Notes: a model not told the origin generated them from the letters alone. A stretch of DNA of 64,000 nucleotides from Callorhinchus milii (GCF_018977255.1 NW_024704742.1:72666001-72730000), one strand, 5' to 3'. Counted from the stretch's first letter, positions 1 through 13,500 are shown. Numbers and translations: made by a program.

Positions 1-94
1 CTAATCCCACTCACTGGTTTGGGTTGTCCCAGTACCTTGGGATGTCCTCCCAACGTGAAAGGCGCTATACAAATGTAATCTTGTTGTTGTTGTT
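1..94 (+). mobile_element. L2 LINE 3' terminus
   Basis: CCTTGGGATGTCCTCCCAACGTGAAAGGCGCTATACAAATG followed by (TTG)n; the same tail ends the RT-bearing L2 copy at 4592-5950. Confidence 0.8.
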
Positions 95-280
95 GGATTA
101 CCTCATATCAGGCTGAAAGGATTGACCTTTTATTAGTGTACTTACTAGCCAATTTAAAATAATGTTTTTTACAGGTCCACAAAGAGATTTGGGTTTAATA
201 AAGATCAAATTTATGACTTGACAGCAACCACAAGTAGTTTGATAACCAAATCTGAATGAAGAATTATAATAACAAACAGC

Positions 281-660
281 AATAACATTTGATATAGTGA
301 ATTTCACCTGATTGAAAGGTCTAAAGCAATTCACAGGATTTTGCTATAAAGTGTATTTGTTGGCAAACATGGAAACTAATTTGCATACAGCAATGTATCC
401 CAATCAATCATGAAGTGAATGATCCATTTTATTTGGGGGATTGTTGGCCAGGTCATTGGGAAAAACTCTCTTCTCTCTTTGAATAATGAAATAGGATCTT
501 TAATGTTCAGCTGACTAGGCGACCTCAGTTTAACATCTCATCCACGGCATCTTCAACAATGCAGTGCTTCTCCTAGCGCTGCCCTGGAGTGCTAGACTTG
601 ACTACAATCTCAAAGTACCAATGTGGGCTTGAACCCACCACCTTTTGACCAATTGAGCTA
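281..660 (-). mobile_element. Old Deu-domain SINE (SacSINE1/AmnSINE1-like), degenerate
   Basis: Shares blocks with other copies in the window (GGATCTTTAATG...CCTCAGTTTAACATCTCATCC...GCAGTGCT...TTGAACCCACCACCTT); tRNA-like head at right, L2-type tail at left. Confidence 0.7.
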
Positions 661-849
661 CACACACACATACCCATTTGATTAGAAACACAATGAACAA
701 AGTAAACCACTGAATGTAATGCACAACCACTGTGGAAGTGAGTCCTCAAGAGGAGACCATCACCAATACAGTCACTTTAGACCGAAAAACACAAGGCTTT
801 AATGAAATATCACTCTTAGTTCCCTCACTCCCAGCTATCAACGGGATAA

Positions 850-1210
850 GCAGTATGGAGAGGTTTCTGAAATAAGGTGCTTTGATAAAATAAAACAGGG
901 AAAAAATATTTCTACATTGTCAATGAATCAGTAACTAGACGTTGCAGATTTAAGGTAATTAAGAAAAGAGTAAAGGGCATTGTTAGATCATTTTTAAAAA
1001 CAGAATGCCTTACCCGGAATTATACTTGAGGCACATGAGCTTTTAAGGGAGAAATTAAATAAATACCTAAAAAGAAGAGAAATGTTGATGATATTAAACA
1101 GTGGCCCTGGGGAAAGACAGCAAGACATGATTATAGTCCTTATAGTCACACTTTATAGTCGGGGCAGGCTCGAGGGGCCGAATGGCCTACTCCTGCTCCT
1201 AATTCTTATG
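850..1210 (+). mobile_element. CR1 LINE 3' remnant
   Basis: Ends GGCTCGAGGGGCCGAATGGCCTACTCCTGCTCCTAATTCTTATG, a typical CR1 3' tail. Confidence 0.65.
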
Positions 1211-2476
1211 ATGGGGAAGAGGCTTCCAGTGCTGTGAAGGTACATCAAAGGGTAGAAAACAGACAGACGCAAAAACATGGTCTCTACCTTACAGTGTAGG
1301 CAAACATTTCTTCAAAAGTGCGCCCTATATTGAAAATTCTAATCACCCTTAATTCAAATGGATTGAAAATTCCATTTGAAGCTCATCCTTGCTGTGTAAA
1401 AAGGTCACAGAGGCCTTTCAAAACGGCTAAGAATAAACTCCAAAATGAAAGAAATGCCAAATTACCTTTTTTGCCCGAAGAGATTCTAGATCATTCAAAA
1501 TTTAAACGAGTTCCATGCAAGGTGCTTGCCTGTTAAATGGATGGGTGATTTTTCACAATTTTGCACGCGTGTAGCAAAACGTCATTATGAAATTTGACAA
1601 TAAACTATTGTATTACAATTTGATACCTTTTCCCACACTGCCAGAACAATCACATTTCCCAAGTGAATTTAAAAAACAAACTGTTTATCATTTGCTTTGT
1701 AACAGGGCAGTGACTTTTGCAATATTTTGATGTGCCAAGACAGCAGGACAAGAGTGCTGCTGAGGTTCCCTCGCAAGTATTTCTTTACACAAAGCGCAAT
1801 GAACAACTGAAATGGGTTATCCTGTGAGGCCAAGACACTGGACTCACTTAATAAACAACTTTATTCTGTAATTAGAAGATAGAAAGGTGCATTTTCTGGA
1901 AAGGAGTGATCTTGAATCCTTCAATGTTATACATAAGCCCATTTCCACATGAACCATTCCAACACCAGAAAATCAATATTTACTCGAAGATAGGATACAA
2001 GACTTTGTCTTCGATGCAGGTTTGGGCCATCAACTTACACAAGAGAAAACGAAGAGCAGAACACATGTATAACTTGTTTAAGTCATGACCTATAATCTTA
2101 GAGAGAGGCATCATTATTATTATTATTATCATTAAAGGTATGTTACAGTTCGAAAAAATATCAAATCCTCTGAGTCATTCACTCAGTTTATCTGACAGTC
2201 AAAGGAACTTGTAAGTAACTCAGAAGAATACGGAACATGGGGGGAAAAAAAAGCTATAGTAATGCACATAGTTATTTGTACCCAATATATTATACTTCAC
2301 ACCATCAATTGGACAAGTTCAGATTCTGAATATGCAGAAGTGACTGGAATTGAAGAGTTAAATCACAAGAACAAAATACAGTAAATTTCTAATAACTCAT
2401 CACTCCAAGGGAAAAGGGCTTAGTGATGAGTTAGGCTTATGTTTAAATACATAAATAAATGCAACTGGGATATTGT

Positions 2477-2759
2477 GGAGTCCTGTAGCTAAGTGGTTAG
2501 AGCACTCGCTTTGCAAGTGAGAGACCTGAGTTCAATTCCAGGCAGAGGGCGAAACCTTGGGCAAGTTTCCTTACTCCACACGCCTAATAATAATCCCTCC
2601 AAAAAAACAAAAACAATAATAAATTGGTCATTTTTCAATCCATGACTGTTTGTGGGACATTACAGTCAATTCACTTTACAGTATATTCTGTGAAGCGCTT
2701 TGGGACGTCTAGAAGACGTGAAAAGCGCTATATCAAATGCAAGGATTATTATTATTATT
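2477..2759 (+). mobile_element. Young tRNA-Ala-derived SINE with partial Deu domain and L2-type tail
   Basis: A box TAGCTAAGTGG, anticodon arm CTCGC-TT-TGC-AA-GTGAG, B box GAGTTCAATTCC, tail GAAAAGCGCTATATCAAATGCAAGG(ATT)n; closely similar copies at 7990, 36478, 55237 and 63647. Confidence 0.9.
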
Positions 2760-3194
2760 GCCAGCACGATAACTAAAGTGGTAGTGACAACTTAAGGTAG
2801 AATTTAGTTATCGGGAGTTTTACTGTATTACCTTTTCAATAGTCTATTGGGAAAAGAGTGCATTGGAGCAACTCATCTGTGAATAATAGAAATGTTTGGT
2901 GTTTGAAGTGAAGCATTTACAACAACACACATCAGCCACTTCTAAGAGCAATTCACTCCTTGCCATTTCTAATGATAAAAACCACAAGCTTCTCTTCAGC
3001 AAGTTATTCCGTAAGACTATGATGGAGGCTGGAAACCTTTCAACCTATTTTTTGTGTTGGTGTTCGCTGCTGCAAGAAACCATTTATTCTAATCCCAATT
3101 CCCTGTTCTTTCCCAAACACTCTAATGCTCTTTCTTTACATGCGCTTGTCTAATCTACTTAAATGCTTCAAACAACTGCTCTAACAGTCACCGT

Positions 3195-3640
3195 GGCAAA
3201 TCATCCCATACTCTCATAAATCCTCTGGCAGAAGTTCTTCCAAACCTTTTTTTGTACTCCCCTAATTTATAATCTTTAACGTATACAATACAATATAAAA
3301 TTACATTTGTAAAGTGCCTTTCACGTCGGGAAGACGTCCCAAGGCTCTGAAATGCCCTGTATGCCCTCTTGTCCTCTAATTCCCTAGCAGCACAAATAGT
3401 TTTTCACAACTAAGATAATGAAAGGGTTTGAGAGAATTAAACACCTCTATCATATCATCCCTCAACCTTCCCTTTTCCAACAGGAAGATTCCGAGCCTTT
3501 CTTCATTGTTTTATCCTTTCATCTCCGGTCTGATCCTGATGAATCTGTGCTGCACCTTCTCCATCGCTCAAATCTCCTTTCTATAACCCGGTGCCCAAAA
3601 CTACACACAGTATTACAACTGACCAGAATTCACTCAGTAT
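3195..3640 (-). mobile_element. Degenerate CR1 fragment with a nested short L2 tail (~3290-3350)
   Basis: GTGCCCAAAACTACACACAGTA is the reverse complement of the CR1 EYCVQFW region; nested GTGCCTTTCACGTCGGGAAGACGTCCCAAGG tail. Confidence 0.6.
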
Positions 3641-4591
3641 TTTCCACTGCCAGAGGATTACTACCTGAATGCATTTCACTGTAGATAACTGTACTTATGA
3701 TTATTGCTACCGTATCTCACCAATGCCTTTGCAACTCAGAAACATCAACATACTGAAGGTGATGGTAAAAAGCTTATTTATGTTAAAAGAGTGTCTTTTG
3801 GATTTGTGCTACACTGTAAAAAAAACTATAACTTCCACTAAAATGCAGTTGCTATGGCAGCCATTTTATGTCAGCAGGACCATGTTTTCATTTCCCTGTG
3901 TGGCTGGGGCGCTGCTGGACAGAATGTATAGTTCTTATAGTTCTGTTTTCAAAACCTACAAGGCCAAGTTATTAAATGGCCTATGGATGGCCCTCTCAGT
4001 AACAAACACCACTCACTCCTGCCCTATTTATGGGGTAGATAATTTGCCTTCGTTTCCAGAATCCACGAATCCCAGAATATGGAAACGCCGTCCTGCTTCA
4101 ACTCCATTTATTTGTCCACCTGTTAACTATATGAGGTATAAAAGTTTATTTTACTCTTAAGCAAAATATTTTGTTCAATCTCAGCAGGGTACAGATAGAT
4201 GGGAGAGACACCTCTACTCTATTAGTGCAAAAGGTTTCAACAAGAAGAGCTCAAATAACCTCAACTGAGCAGTCACGGTGGCAGCTCCTCATTACAATTT
4301 AAGTTTGTAAATTAGCACCAACTGGACAATTTGACAAAAGGATGACCAATTGAGGTAATTGAAAGGTCTCAGTGGTATAGTGTGGGCTTTGCAATGAAAA
4401 GGAAGCTGCAAAAATCTAAATGGAAAGGGAGCAATGAGCTCAGTGGTTGAGAGAGGGGCATTGTTGTGCTCACCAGGGAGCCATCAACTAAATACCATTT
4501 TTTTTAATTGAAAACATTTCTTAGAAGTTGCAAAGTAAAGGTACTGGATTGTTTGCCAGCAAATTATTTTAAGATTCATCTACAAAAAAGC

Positions 4592-5950
4592 AACGACGAC
4601 AACAAAATTAACTTTATAGAGTGCCTTTCACGTCGGGAGGACGTCCCAAGGCGTTGGACAGTCAGAGGTCAGGAACCGAGCATGGGGGAAGGGTGAGATA
4701 AGGGTGAGGGAAGGCAGAGAGGTGGGAGGGCGATCGAAGGCACGATCAAAGAGGAGGGTCTTGAGACTGGCTTTGAAGGGGGCAAGGGAGGAAGTGAGGC
4801 AAAGGGACTGTGGGATGGAGTTCCAGAGTATGGGGGCAGAGAAGCTGAAGGCCTGGCCACTGATGGTAGGGCGGGTCGGGTGGGAGACATGGAGCAGGCC
4901 AGAGCCCGCTGAACGGAGGGAGTGGGCAAGGGGTAGGGAATCAGCAGGTCAGAGAGGTAGTAGGGGGCAAGGTCATGGATGGTCTTGAAAGTGAGGACGA
5001 CGTGCGAGAGTACACAAGTTGCAGGGTTTTAGATGACCTGCAGCTTGTGAAGGGAAGAGTTGGGAAGGCCGATGAGGAGGGAGTTTCCATAATCAATGTG
5101 ACGAATGCATGGGTGAGGGTTTCGGTAGCCTGAGGGGTGAGGCAATGGCGGAATCTGGCAATGTTGCGGAGGTGGTGGTAGGCAGTGCTGGTCATGGCAC
5201 GGATGTGGGGGAGAAAGGACAGTTCAGGGTCAAACAGGACACCCAGGTTCCTGACTGGCTTTGTGCGGTTGAGTGTGCAGCCGTGGAGGCTGATGCAGTT
5301 GGTCAGGACCCCAGTAGTTCTGGAGTTGAGGGTGGAGGCAGAGAGGTAGAGTTGGGTGTCATCCGCATACATGTGAAAATTTACCCCATGCCTGTGTATG
5401 ATGTCACCAAGTGGGAGCATGCAGAGGGTGAAGAGGAGGGGACAGAGGACAGAGCCCTGAGGAACACCACACAGACGGTGCAGGGACTGGAGGAAAAGCC
5501 GTTTACTGAGCAAAGTGGAGGCGGTGTGAAAGGTAGGACCTGAACCAGTCAAGGACAGAACCTTGAAGGTTGAGGTGGGAGGAGAGGCAGTGGAGGAGGA
5601 TTGAGTGGTCCTCGGTGTCAAAGGCGGGGGAGAGGTCGAGGAGGCAGAGGGAGCCCTGGTCACACATGGTCAGGATGTCATTTGTGACCTTGACCCTCAC
5701 CCAGTTTTAAAACCCGATTGGAGGGGCTCATGGAGGGAGTGGGAGGAGAGGAAAGAGCGAAGCTGGGAGGCAACGGTTCTCTCAAGAACCTTCGACAGAA
5801 TAGGGAGGTTGGAGATGGGCCGGAAGCTGGATAGCTGTGTTGGATCAAGGTAAGGTTTCTTCAAGTTGGGGTTGATAGTGGCTGTTTTGAGGGGGGTAGG
5901 AACAGTGCCAGATAACAGGGAGAGGTTGATGATGTCGGCGAGTAGTGGAA
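4592..5950 (-). mobile_element. L2 LINE, 5'-truncated, frameshifted reverse transcriptase remnant
   Basis: Translated RT motifs [10 protein letters not shown] and [13 protein letters not shown]...[10 protein letters not shown], then [15 protein letters not shown]2 tail with (TTG)n-like end at ~4592-4660. Confidence 0.92.
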
Positions 5951-7989
5951 CTTACAGTATATCTTATGACTAGCTTTGAGACTGTAAACAATGTGATAAG
6001 GCACTATATCAAATGTAAGGATTACTGTATTATTTGTAGATTCTGAGGTTTGTGCGTAATGTTAAGAATTACCTCTATTGTGAGGTTCTAATTGGAATGT
6101 TTAAAAAGTGATAATAATCTTTGCATTTACTGTACCGCCTTATCACATGGTTGAGAAGTCTCAAAGCATTTTCCTGTAAAGTGCAGCGACTATTTGTGGG
6201 TGAATGTGGTATCCAATTTGAGCACAGTAATGTCCCACAACAGCCAATGAAGTAAATGATACAGTTGAACGAGGAACCAAATGTGAACGACTTGAGACGC
6301 ATTCGACTACCACATTCACGGTTTCAATCTAACCATTTTTAAAACAAAATGTAATGGTAGGAGATCACTCATTAAATACTATAAAACAAAAAACGTATTC
6401 TGGAATTCTGATGGCAATGCCAGTGAACTGAGCAAGCATGGATAGTTCAGGGCACGGTGTTCCACACTATTCCAGTGTAAGGACAATAATAGCTCGACTG
6501 AACTGCTTTACAATGACCTAAATGCTCACTCAGTAACAAAGTCTTTAGTATCTCTAAATACAGAGGCCTCATATAATCATTGGAGACTATTCTCACAATA
6601 ATTAACACCAAACCATATGACTTATGACAGTGAGCAGGTGAGGTAAACCATTCCCTGGCCTGCTTATATTCTTCTAACATTGAATTGCATGGAAGACAAA
6701 TTCAGGAACAGTCATCCTATAAAGTTCAGTGGCGCTATAAATGAAAACTCAACAGGGCCTTCGTAAAATCCCAGGAAAGTTGTACCCATAACTGGAACAG
6801 TTGCTATTGTATATTCATGCCCTGAGCAGACAGAAAACAATACCTCAAAAGGAGCTGCAGAAAATAGACTCTTTCTTCCTCTCCTCCCCATAAAATTCAA
6901 GAATTCTTCATAGGCACAAACAAGTAAAATAATCCCCTGTTACACCCAATCCCAGATGGATATCTTTAACAGGCATTTAAGGCTTGGTAATTCTGCAGCA
7001 AAACCTTGCCTGTCCATTGGAGTTACTAAGGTCACAAAATGGCTCTTAAATTTAGAAGATGTAATGAAGCACTTTGTGTTTTAAGAATGTATAACACTTA
7101 AAACTACTTATCTCTTGGATTTGGGCCAATCTTGAAATTAGTATTAACTGCACAACACTTGTGTGTAGAGTCTTCTCTATCAGTTACAACTAACTCAAAG
7201 GCCTTTCAACGCAAGGATGACAGTCAAACGATTTGACTGGCCAGAACACTAGCAATTTTAGCACTTTATTGTTTTTAAAAAGAATCACTCTACCTCTTCC
7301 CTCCTCTCTTCCCCTATCTCCATTTCTTGTAAAACATGCAATTTTTTTTCCTGTGCATTGGACCATTGTTATTACAAATATTGTGCAGCAATTGCAATGT
7401 TACAGATCATACAGGCAACTGGGAATCAAACTGATAGTTGGAGATTACCTGGTCCTAAGCCAAAACAGTTTTGCTTTAAGCTTTAGTTGGTGCTTTACAT
7501 TGAAGCCTCACCCTTCACTAATTCCAAGAATTTCTTGGTCGACCAAAATGTTAAATCAAATCATAGTAGATGCTTCCTTAAGTTTCAATTCCAAAGCTTC
7601 ACTACCTTCCAAACATAACCAACCTACTAGGCTTTGCTTCTGAAACCAGGTACATAGAGAGTTAGCAACTCAATAAGATAGACTAAAGTAACCAAACCAA
7701 AAAAATTACAATTACTTTCAGACAGCAGGCAGCAAAAAAAGTTAGTGAAATGTCAGCACATCACCATCGTACTCTATAATCCTAGAGTGTAAACATCACT
7801 TCCTCTAAAATGAGTTTGATATTCTTAGGTTGTATTTTATTAGTCACATATAAATGTATGCCTCAGAAGATCTGAAGACTGGTTAAATATGCATAAATGT
7901 CAGCTATTGTACAGAAGTTGTTTCTTTTGGCTTTGCTTTATTAACAGATAGCAACAAGGTTTATAAGTCTTACTGCTCAATAATACTAT

Positions 7990-8286
7990 AATAATAATCC
8001 TTGCATTTGATATAGCGCTTTTCACGTCTTCGACGTCTCAAAGCGCTTCACAGAATATACTTTAAGGTGAATTGATTGCATATTTGTGCACGAAACGCGG
8101 CAGCCAGTTGCGCACAGCAGTGTCCCGCAAACAAGTGACCAATTTATTATTGTGTTTCTTTTCTTGAGGGATTATTATTAGGTGTGTGGAGTAAGGAAAC
8201 TTGCCCAAGGTTTTGTCCTGCTGGGAATCAAACCCAGATCTCTCGCTTGTGAGGCAAGTGCTCTAACCACTGAGCTACAGGATGCC
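7990..8286 (-). mobile_element. tRNA-Ala-derived SINE
   Basis: Reverse complement of the 2477 family, from (AAT)nCCTTGCATTTGATATAGCG to CACTGAGCTACAGGA. Confidence 0.88.
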
Positions 8287-8579
8287 ACAATCTGTAATCT
8301 CCATAATCTACTAAACGCACGCAATTGTAGAATTATCAAGTAGGGAATATGCCTTCAGCACGAGAATGTACAATTTAAAATTTCCATTATGATGGCAGCC
8401 ATCAAAGAAGAGTCCTAGATACAGAGCAGTTCTACACGATTATTTATAGCAATTCAAAAACCGTAAACTCCACTACAGTGAATATTTCTAAACAGCATAA
8501 GAGCCAGTTTTGACCACCCTCATTCTCACAACTTTCGTTTCTGTGCAGACTGATGGGGATGTGGGGGTTAAAAAAGAAT

Positions 8580-9155
8580 ACTTGTATTTATTTGGTATAG
8601 CACCTTTCATGTCGGGAGGACATCCCAAAACACTTCTCAGGATTTACTGTGATGTGGATGAACTTGTGGATGAATGCAGCAAACAATTTGCATGCAGCAA
8701 TGTCACACAAACAGCCATGAAGAGAATGACCAATTTTATTTGGTGGATTGTTGGCCAAGACACTGGGAGAAACTCCCTCCACTTCTCAAGTACAACAACA
8801 ACATGCACTTATATAGCGCCCTCCACGCAGGGTAGGGTCTCAGAGCACTTAAAAGTAATGCCATGGAATCTTTCTCGTCCACCGACCCCCAGCTCAGGTC
8901 CGTAACTCTGTCTGTCCAGCGCCTTGGGACATCTTCCCGACATGAAAGGCACTTTACAAATGTAATTTTGTTGTTGTTGAACAGGCAGACAGGCCCTTGA
9001 TTTAATGTCCAAAGTATGGTACAAATCCAATCCTTGCCCCCCCCCCTTCACTGAATGAGCGTCAGCTTAGACTGTGAGAGTTCAAATCATGACATGGGCC
9101 TTGAACCCACAACCTTCTGACTTAGAAGCTGGTGTACTACCAACTGAGCCAAGTT
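8580..9155 (-). mobile_element. Deu-domain SINE interrupted by two L2 3' tails
   Basis: SINE blocks resume on both sides of inserts at ~8790-8850 (minus) and ~8875-8980 (plus, ending (TTG)n). Confidence 0.7.
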
Positions 9156-9624
9156 GACATGCTCCTTGTTCATCTTCTTGGTCCATTTCAAAGAGGCCTT
9201 GCATTCAATTACAGACATAAGATTTCTAGCGACATGCGGAAACTCAGACCATTCACTTTGCAGCTCCTCACCCAGCTCAGTTCTCAACTAATCAATTGGC
9301 TGAAAACTTCACACTTGCAACAGAAACTGCCTGGAAAAGCATACTGTTTCCACTGGATCCACTGTTATTCAGCCTCATCAATGAAGATATCCCAGCAAGA
9401 TTGTCTGATGGTTTCATAGTCCATGAACTAAAGCCCAGAAGGCAACACAATGGTTTGAAATACTTTGCTCAGATGATTGCTCTCTTGAAAAAAAAACGAG
9501 TGAAAAATGTATTTAATAAACCAACATATATATACACTCACACAAAAAAATTGCAACTCTGACCACAATGCAGCTAACTAATCTGAGAACATTTTGAAGC
9601 TAAAAAGATACAAAAAGGCAATAC

Positions 9625-9676
9625 CTCTCTCCCGGCCTGAAATAATTTCAAAGCAGATGTGAATTGAAATGACATC
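9625..9676 (-). other. Weak candidate exon (52 nt)
   Basis: Minus strand ctatttacatag|GATGTC...GAGAG|gtattg; open as DVISIHICFEIISGRER or MSFQFTSALKLFQAGRE; protein not recognised. Confidence 0.15.
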
Positions 9677-11274
9677 CTATGTAAATAGTCCAATAGTGCA
9701 TTCTATCCAAGATTACACATTATTCCCTGGATACAACAACATCTTGCGTTTATGTAGCGTCTTCACACGTCCCTTAGCGCTTAGAGATTGAAACCAAAAG
9801 GTTGTCTAACTCAGGAAAAAGCTTAAAACAATCCCAAGTCAACCACAGCGCAACTGCCTTGACATGTCATCTGCAATATCAAACTGACCAGGATTCTTGC
9901 CAAGCTTTCCTCCTCTAAAAAATATGGATGATCTTCCTACATAAAAGTTTGAAGAGATTTAGAAATATTCTTAGAAGAAATGGGGCACACTTCCATTTTC
10001 TGCTAACCCTCTTGGCATAATGGTGATCCATATTATGCCATCTGAATAGCTACACTAGGGGGCTTTTGGTTTGTCATCAACACAGTGGAGGAACAATTCT
10101 TTTAAACCAGGGCAATCACAGTAAGGGGATGTTAGCTGAAACCTTCTTTTAGAATATCAAAACACGGTCCTGATCAAATTAAATAACAGCACTATTTCCA
10201 CTTCATATCAGAGATACACAAATAGATAAAGAGTAGATTCAGTACAATGTCAGCATTGATGTTGGATAGTTATTGACACAAATAAGTTCACTATTTTGCA
10301 GATAAGAATGCTTGTAAGAATGCCCTCCAGACCTCAGAGCTCCACCAATAATCCAGCACCATATCAAAGCAGGTACAAATTAACTTTTCATTGCAGCCAA
10401 CTACGACATTGCAAAATTGTGTATACAGTACAACTAATAGGAGATGCATTTAAACTTCTTTTAAGAGTCTCAAAACTCAATATTGTAAATGCCTGCAACT
10501 GGCTCACAATTTAACCTAAAGCCATGAACCTTCTGTCAAGGAGTTCAGCAAGTTCTGATTGACCTCCTTTGTCTATGCAAGAGTGACACAGCCAGAGAGG
10601 CTGCTCAAAATAGTGCACTAATCTTTAGGATATTAAACCATGCACTTAAACCCTGCAATGTTATAAAACATATTTTAAATGTGTCTAAAGAATTGAGCAA
10701 AAGTTAAAATATCCAACTAAACAAGTTTTAAATGTCCCAGCTAGGAGAAGATTTGAGTTTGCTGCCAAGAGAGATATTGAAACCACCACAAAATCAGATA
10801 TCTTTACAAGCCACTTAAATGGTACACTGGGCCCTCTTAAGAAACTTGAGCAGCTCCCAGAGTAAATCCAGGATCAGACATGCACAGCACAGAGAAATTC
10901 AACAAGGGCAAGCTAAAGGTGACAAACACTAAGAATTCACTGCCTTCAACAGAAGCAAGACTACAGCAGTTAAGACACCAGAAGAGAACATGCTCCAGCC
11001 AGCACTAAACATTCCACAAGTATTGCCTTTGCTTCCACTTTTAGCAGGTTAGCTTTGCAAGAAATAACCCTAATGCAAAGTGATCAGAGGATGAGTCACT
11101 CTACTGCCTTTTCTAGCCCCCCCACCCCAAATCCACTCAAGACAGTCACACCAATGCTGACACAGTGGTTGAATTTGATCCTGCCTAGTGTCACTGAAGA
11201 ACTTGTATGTCAAACAGTCTGCACATTACTGCAGTGGCCCTGGAAAGGCAAGCCTCAAACATGTGTCACAAGAT

Positions 11275-11460
11275 CAACAACAACAAATTGCATCTCTTAC
11301 ATCAAGATGATACCCCAAGGCACTGGACAGTCACAGGTTTGCAACCTAGCTGGGGGTTGAAATCAAGGGGGTGGGGCCCAAGGGGGATGTGGGTGGACAG
11401 ATGAATGAAGGCACAGTCAAAGAGGAAGGTCTTGAGACAGGCCTTGAAGAGGCAAGGGAG
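11275..11460 (-). mobile_element. L2 3' fragment
   Basis: (CAA)n tail plus GAAGGCACAGTCAAGAGGAAGGTCTTGAG (minus strand LKTFLFDCAF, the L2 ORF2 C-terminus). Confidence 0.75.
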
Positions 11461-12440
11461 AGGTCCCTCAGCCCATCTGATCTCATCCCTCCACCCTATC
11501 ATTCCCCTCATCACGGCATCAAGCAACTTTTTAAATGAGTCCAGTGTCCTGGCCTCTACCACCTTTCCTGGCAACGTGTTCCAGTAGTTAATTACCCTAT
11601 GCTTACCCGAGAAACTTCCAGTTATCTATTCTGCAATTACCCTATGCAACTCTAAACCTATATCCTCTTTTTCTACTGTCACGATGCACCCTAAAGTAAT
11701 AATCTGAGTTTACTTTTTCAATCCCATTTAAAATTTTATACATCTATGAGGTCCCCGCTGAGTTCTCTCAGGACAGCTTGTCTAATTAATTAATTAATTA
11801 ATTGATTAGCTTGTCTAATTGTCTAATTGTTGTTGCTCACTCCTCTAATACTGGAGATCATCCTGGTTGCTCCTTGCAAAACTTCTATGAGCCCTTATGA
11901 TGCAGTGACCAGAACAGTAAGCAGTACTCAAAGTGTGGTTTTACCAGAGCACTAAATCAGTTGAGTGATTTAACATCTGAGGATCTAAACTCAACTGATT
12001 TAGCAATATATCCTGTTTACCTCATTTATTGCTGCTTCACATTTTTTGACATAACTAGCAACAAGTCAACTAACACCCTGGATATCTTTCAGCTTCCCCA
12101 CTGGCAAGTTCAGTCCCATCCATGGAGCACTTGTTTTTTATTCTTTGATTCTATATGTAGTACCTTACATTTATCAGTTTAAACTTCATTTGCCAGCTAT
12201 CAGCCCATGTACATACTCTATTAAGCTCTCTTTGTAGGCATTCCTATGAAGGGTCATGGAGCCAAAACATTGACCCACTTTCCTTTCTCCATATATGCCC
12301 CTGACCTGCTGATTTAGTTTTTCTTTCTCTTTGTAGGACCTTTGCTGCCTCCTCGGATTCCACAGTTTCCCCAACTTGGTGTCATCTGAAAATTTAACTA
12401 ATTTACATTGAGTTTGTGAATCCAGGTTATCCAGGTCACC
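11461..12440 (-). mobile_element. CR1 LINE fragment
   Basis: Minus-strand translations KLVKFSDDTKLG and PGKVVEARTLDSFKKLLD match CR1 ORF2. Confidence 0.8.
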
Positions 12441-12829
12441 TGTCCACCAACAGATACGAGGAATGGGAGAGTTGTCATTGTTGTTGTTGTTGTGTAGCAG
12501 GACAAAATAAAAGCAGGGCCAAGTGCAGCAGGAGCAAAATAAACAAAAGCACACACCAAAATAGATCAACAGGAAAATACAATGTGAGATTAAAAAAAGG
12601 AAAATTTTATAAAGTCCCTTGGATGACTGAACTTAGGCAGACAAGGCCACAGATTTGTGCATCACTGACCGACATGAGGGAGCCAATCGGGGCTGAGAAG
12701 GTTCCAACAGAATGAAAGCAAGAAAATGTTTGCATATTCAAGAAGGCTGACACAAGTAAACCTGGCAACTCTCAACCTCAATAATAGGAAAAATAATAGA
12801 ATAAATCAGAAAGTAAGAGGAAGATTACA

Positions 12830-13220
12830 ACAACCACCACCGCCTACATTTGTATAGTGCCCTTCATGTCGGAAAGACTTCCCAGGGCGCTGCATAGTCA
12901 GTTTTCTAATGCTGTTTTTTTGTACCCAAGCTGGGAGTTGGGGTCAAGAGTGGTGGATGGCAGGGGGGTGAAGGTAGGAGGTTGGCCAAAGAGGATGGTC
13001 TTTAGACGGGACTTCAAAGAGGCAAGATAGGGAGTGAGGTGAAGGGAATGCGGGACAGAGTTTCAGAGTGTGGGGGCAGAAATACTGAATGCCCGACCAC
13101 CAATGGTGGGGTGGGAAGTGGGGGGGGACCTAAAGCAGGCCAGTATCTATCGAGTGAAGGAAGTGGACAGGCTGATATGGGGTTAGGAGGTCAGAGAGGT
13201 AGGGGCGAGCAAGATCATGG
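12830..13220 (-). mobile_element. L2 3' fragment
   Basis: L2 tail variant GTGCCCTTCATGTCGGAAAGACTTCCCAGGGCG and G-rich ORF2 end matching 4600-4990. Confidence 0.75.
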
Positions 13221-13229
13221 AGGGCTTGT

Positions 13230-13500
13230 CCTTGTCCTGCATCCACACTGCATAATGTTCTTTAGGGATGTCTATTTAATCTCAACTGATCTGTCTTTGA
13301 GTAATGCCTCCCAGTGTATGTCTCTCTTACCTCAGCCCTCATACCCCTGAAGGTTGTCCACCTAAAGTTGTATAACACAGTTTGGTTATATGCTGGTAGT
13401 GTATCCCAAGTCAAACTGAATGTTATTGAGCTGTGATCACTATCCCCCAGTGGATCAACTACTTCCACTCACTGAATAGTGTCTGGGTCACTGACAAATA
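13230..13500 (-). mobile_element. CR1 APE endonuclease remnant
   Basis: EVVDPLGDSDHSSITF contains the APE endonuclease SDH motif. Confidence 0.7.

Noticed and set aside
1466..1529. Minus-strand exon between tttaacag and AG|gtaatt
   Set aside because: Stops in all three frames; at most non-coding or pseudogenised, with no further support.
2477..2550. tRNA-Ala gene (also at 36478, 55490, 63300, 63647)
   Set aside because: The tRNA-like heads run straight into SINE body and tail and lack a proper acceptor stem.
3669..4160. 163-aa ORF in unique DNA
   Set aside because: No domain motif or convincing splice context; composition is consistent with a chance ORF.
4941..5700. Functional reverse transcriptase gene or novel RT system (also 57206-57702)
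   Set aside because: Frameshifted, truncated, stop-interrupted L2 and CR1 relics.
11778..11830. (TAAT)n palindromic run as a homeodomain-site cluster
   Set aside because: Lies within a decayed CR1 and is explained by slippage duplication of AGCTTGTCTAATT.
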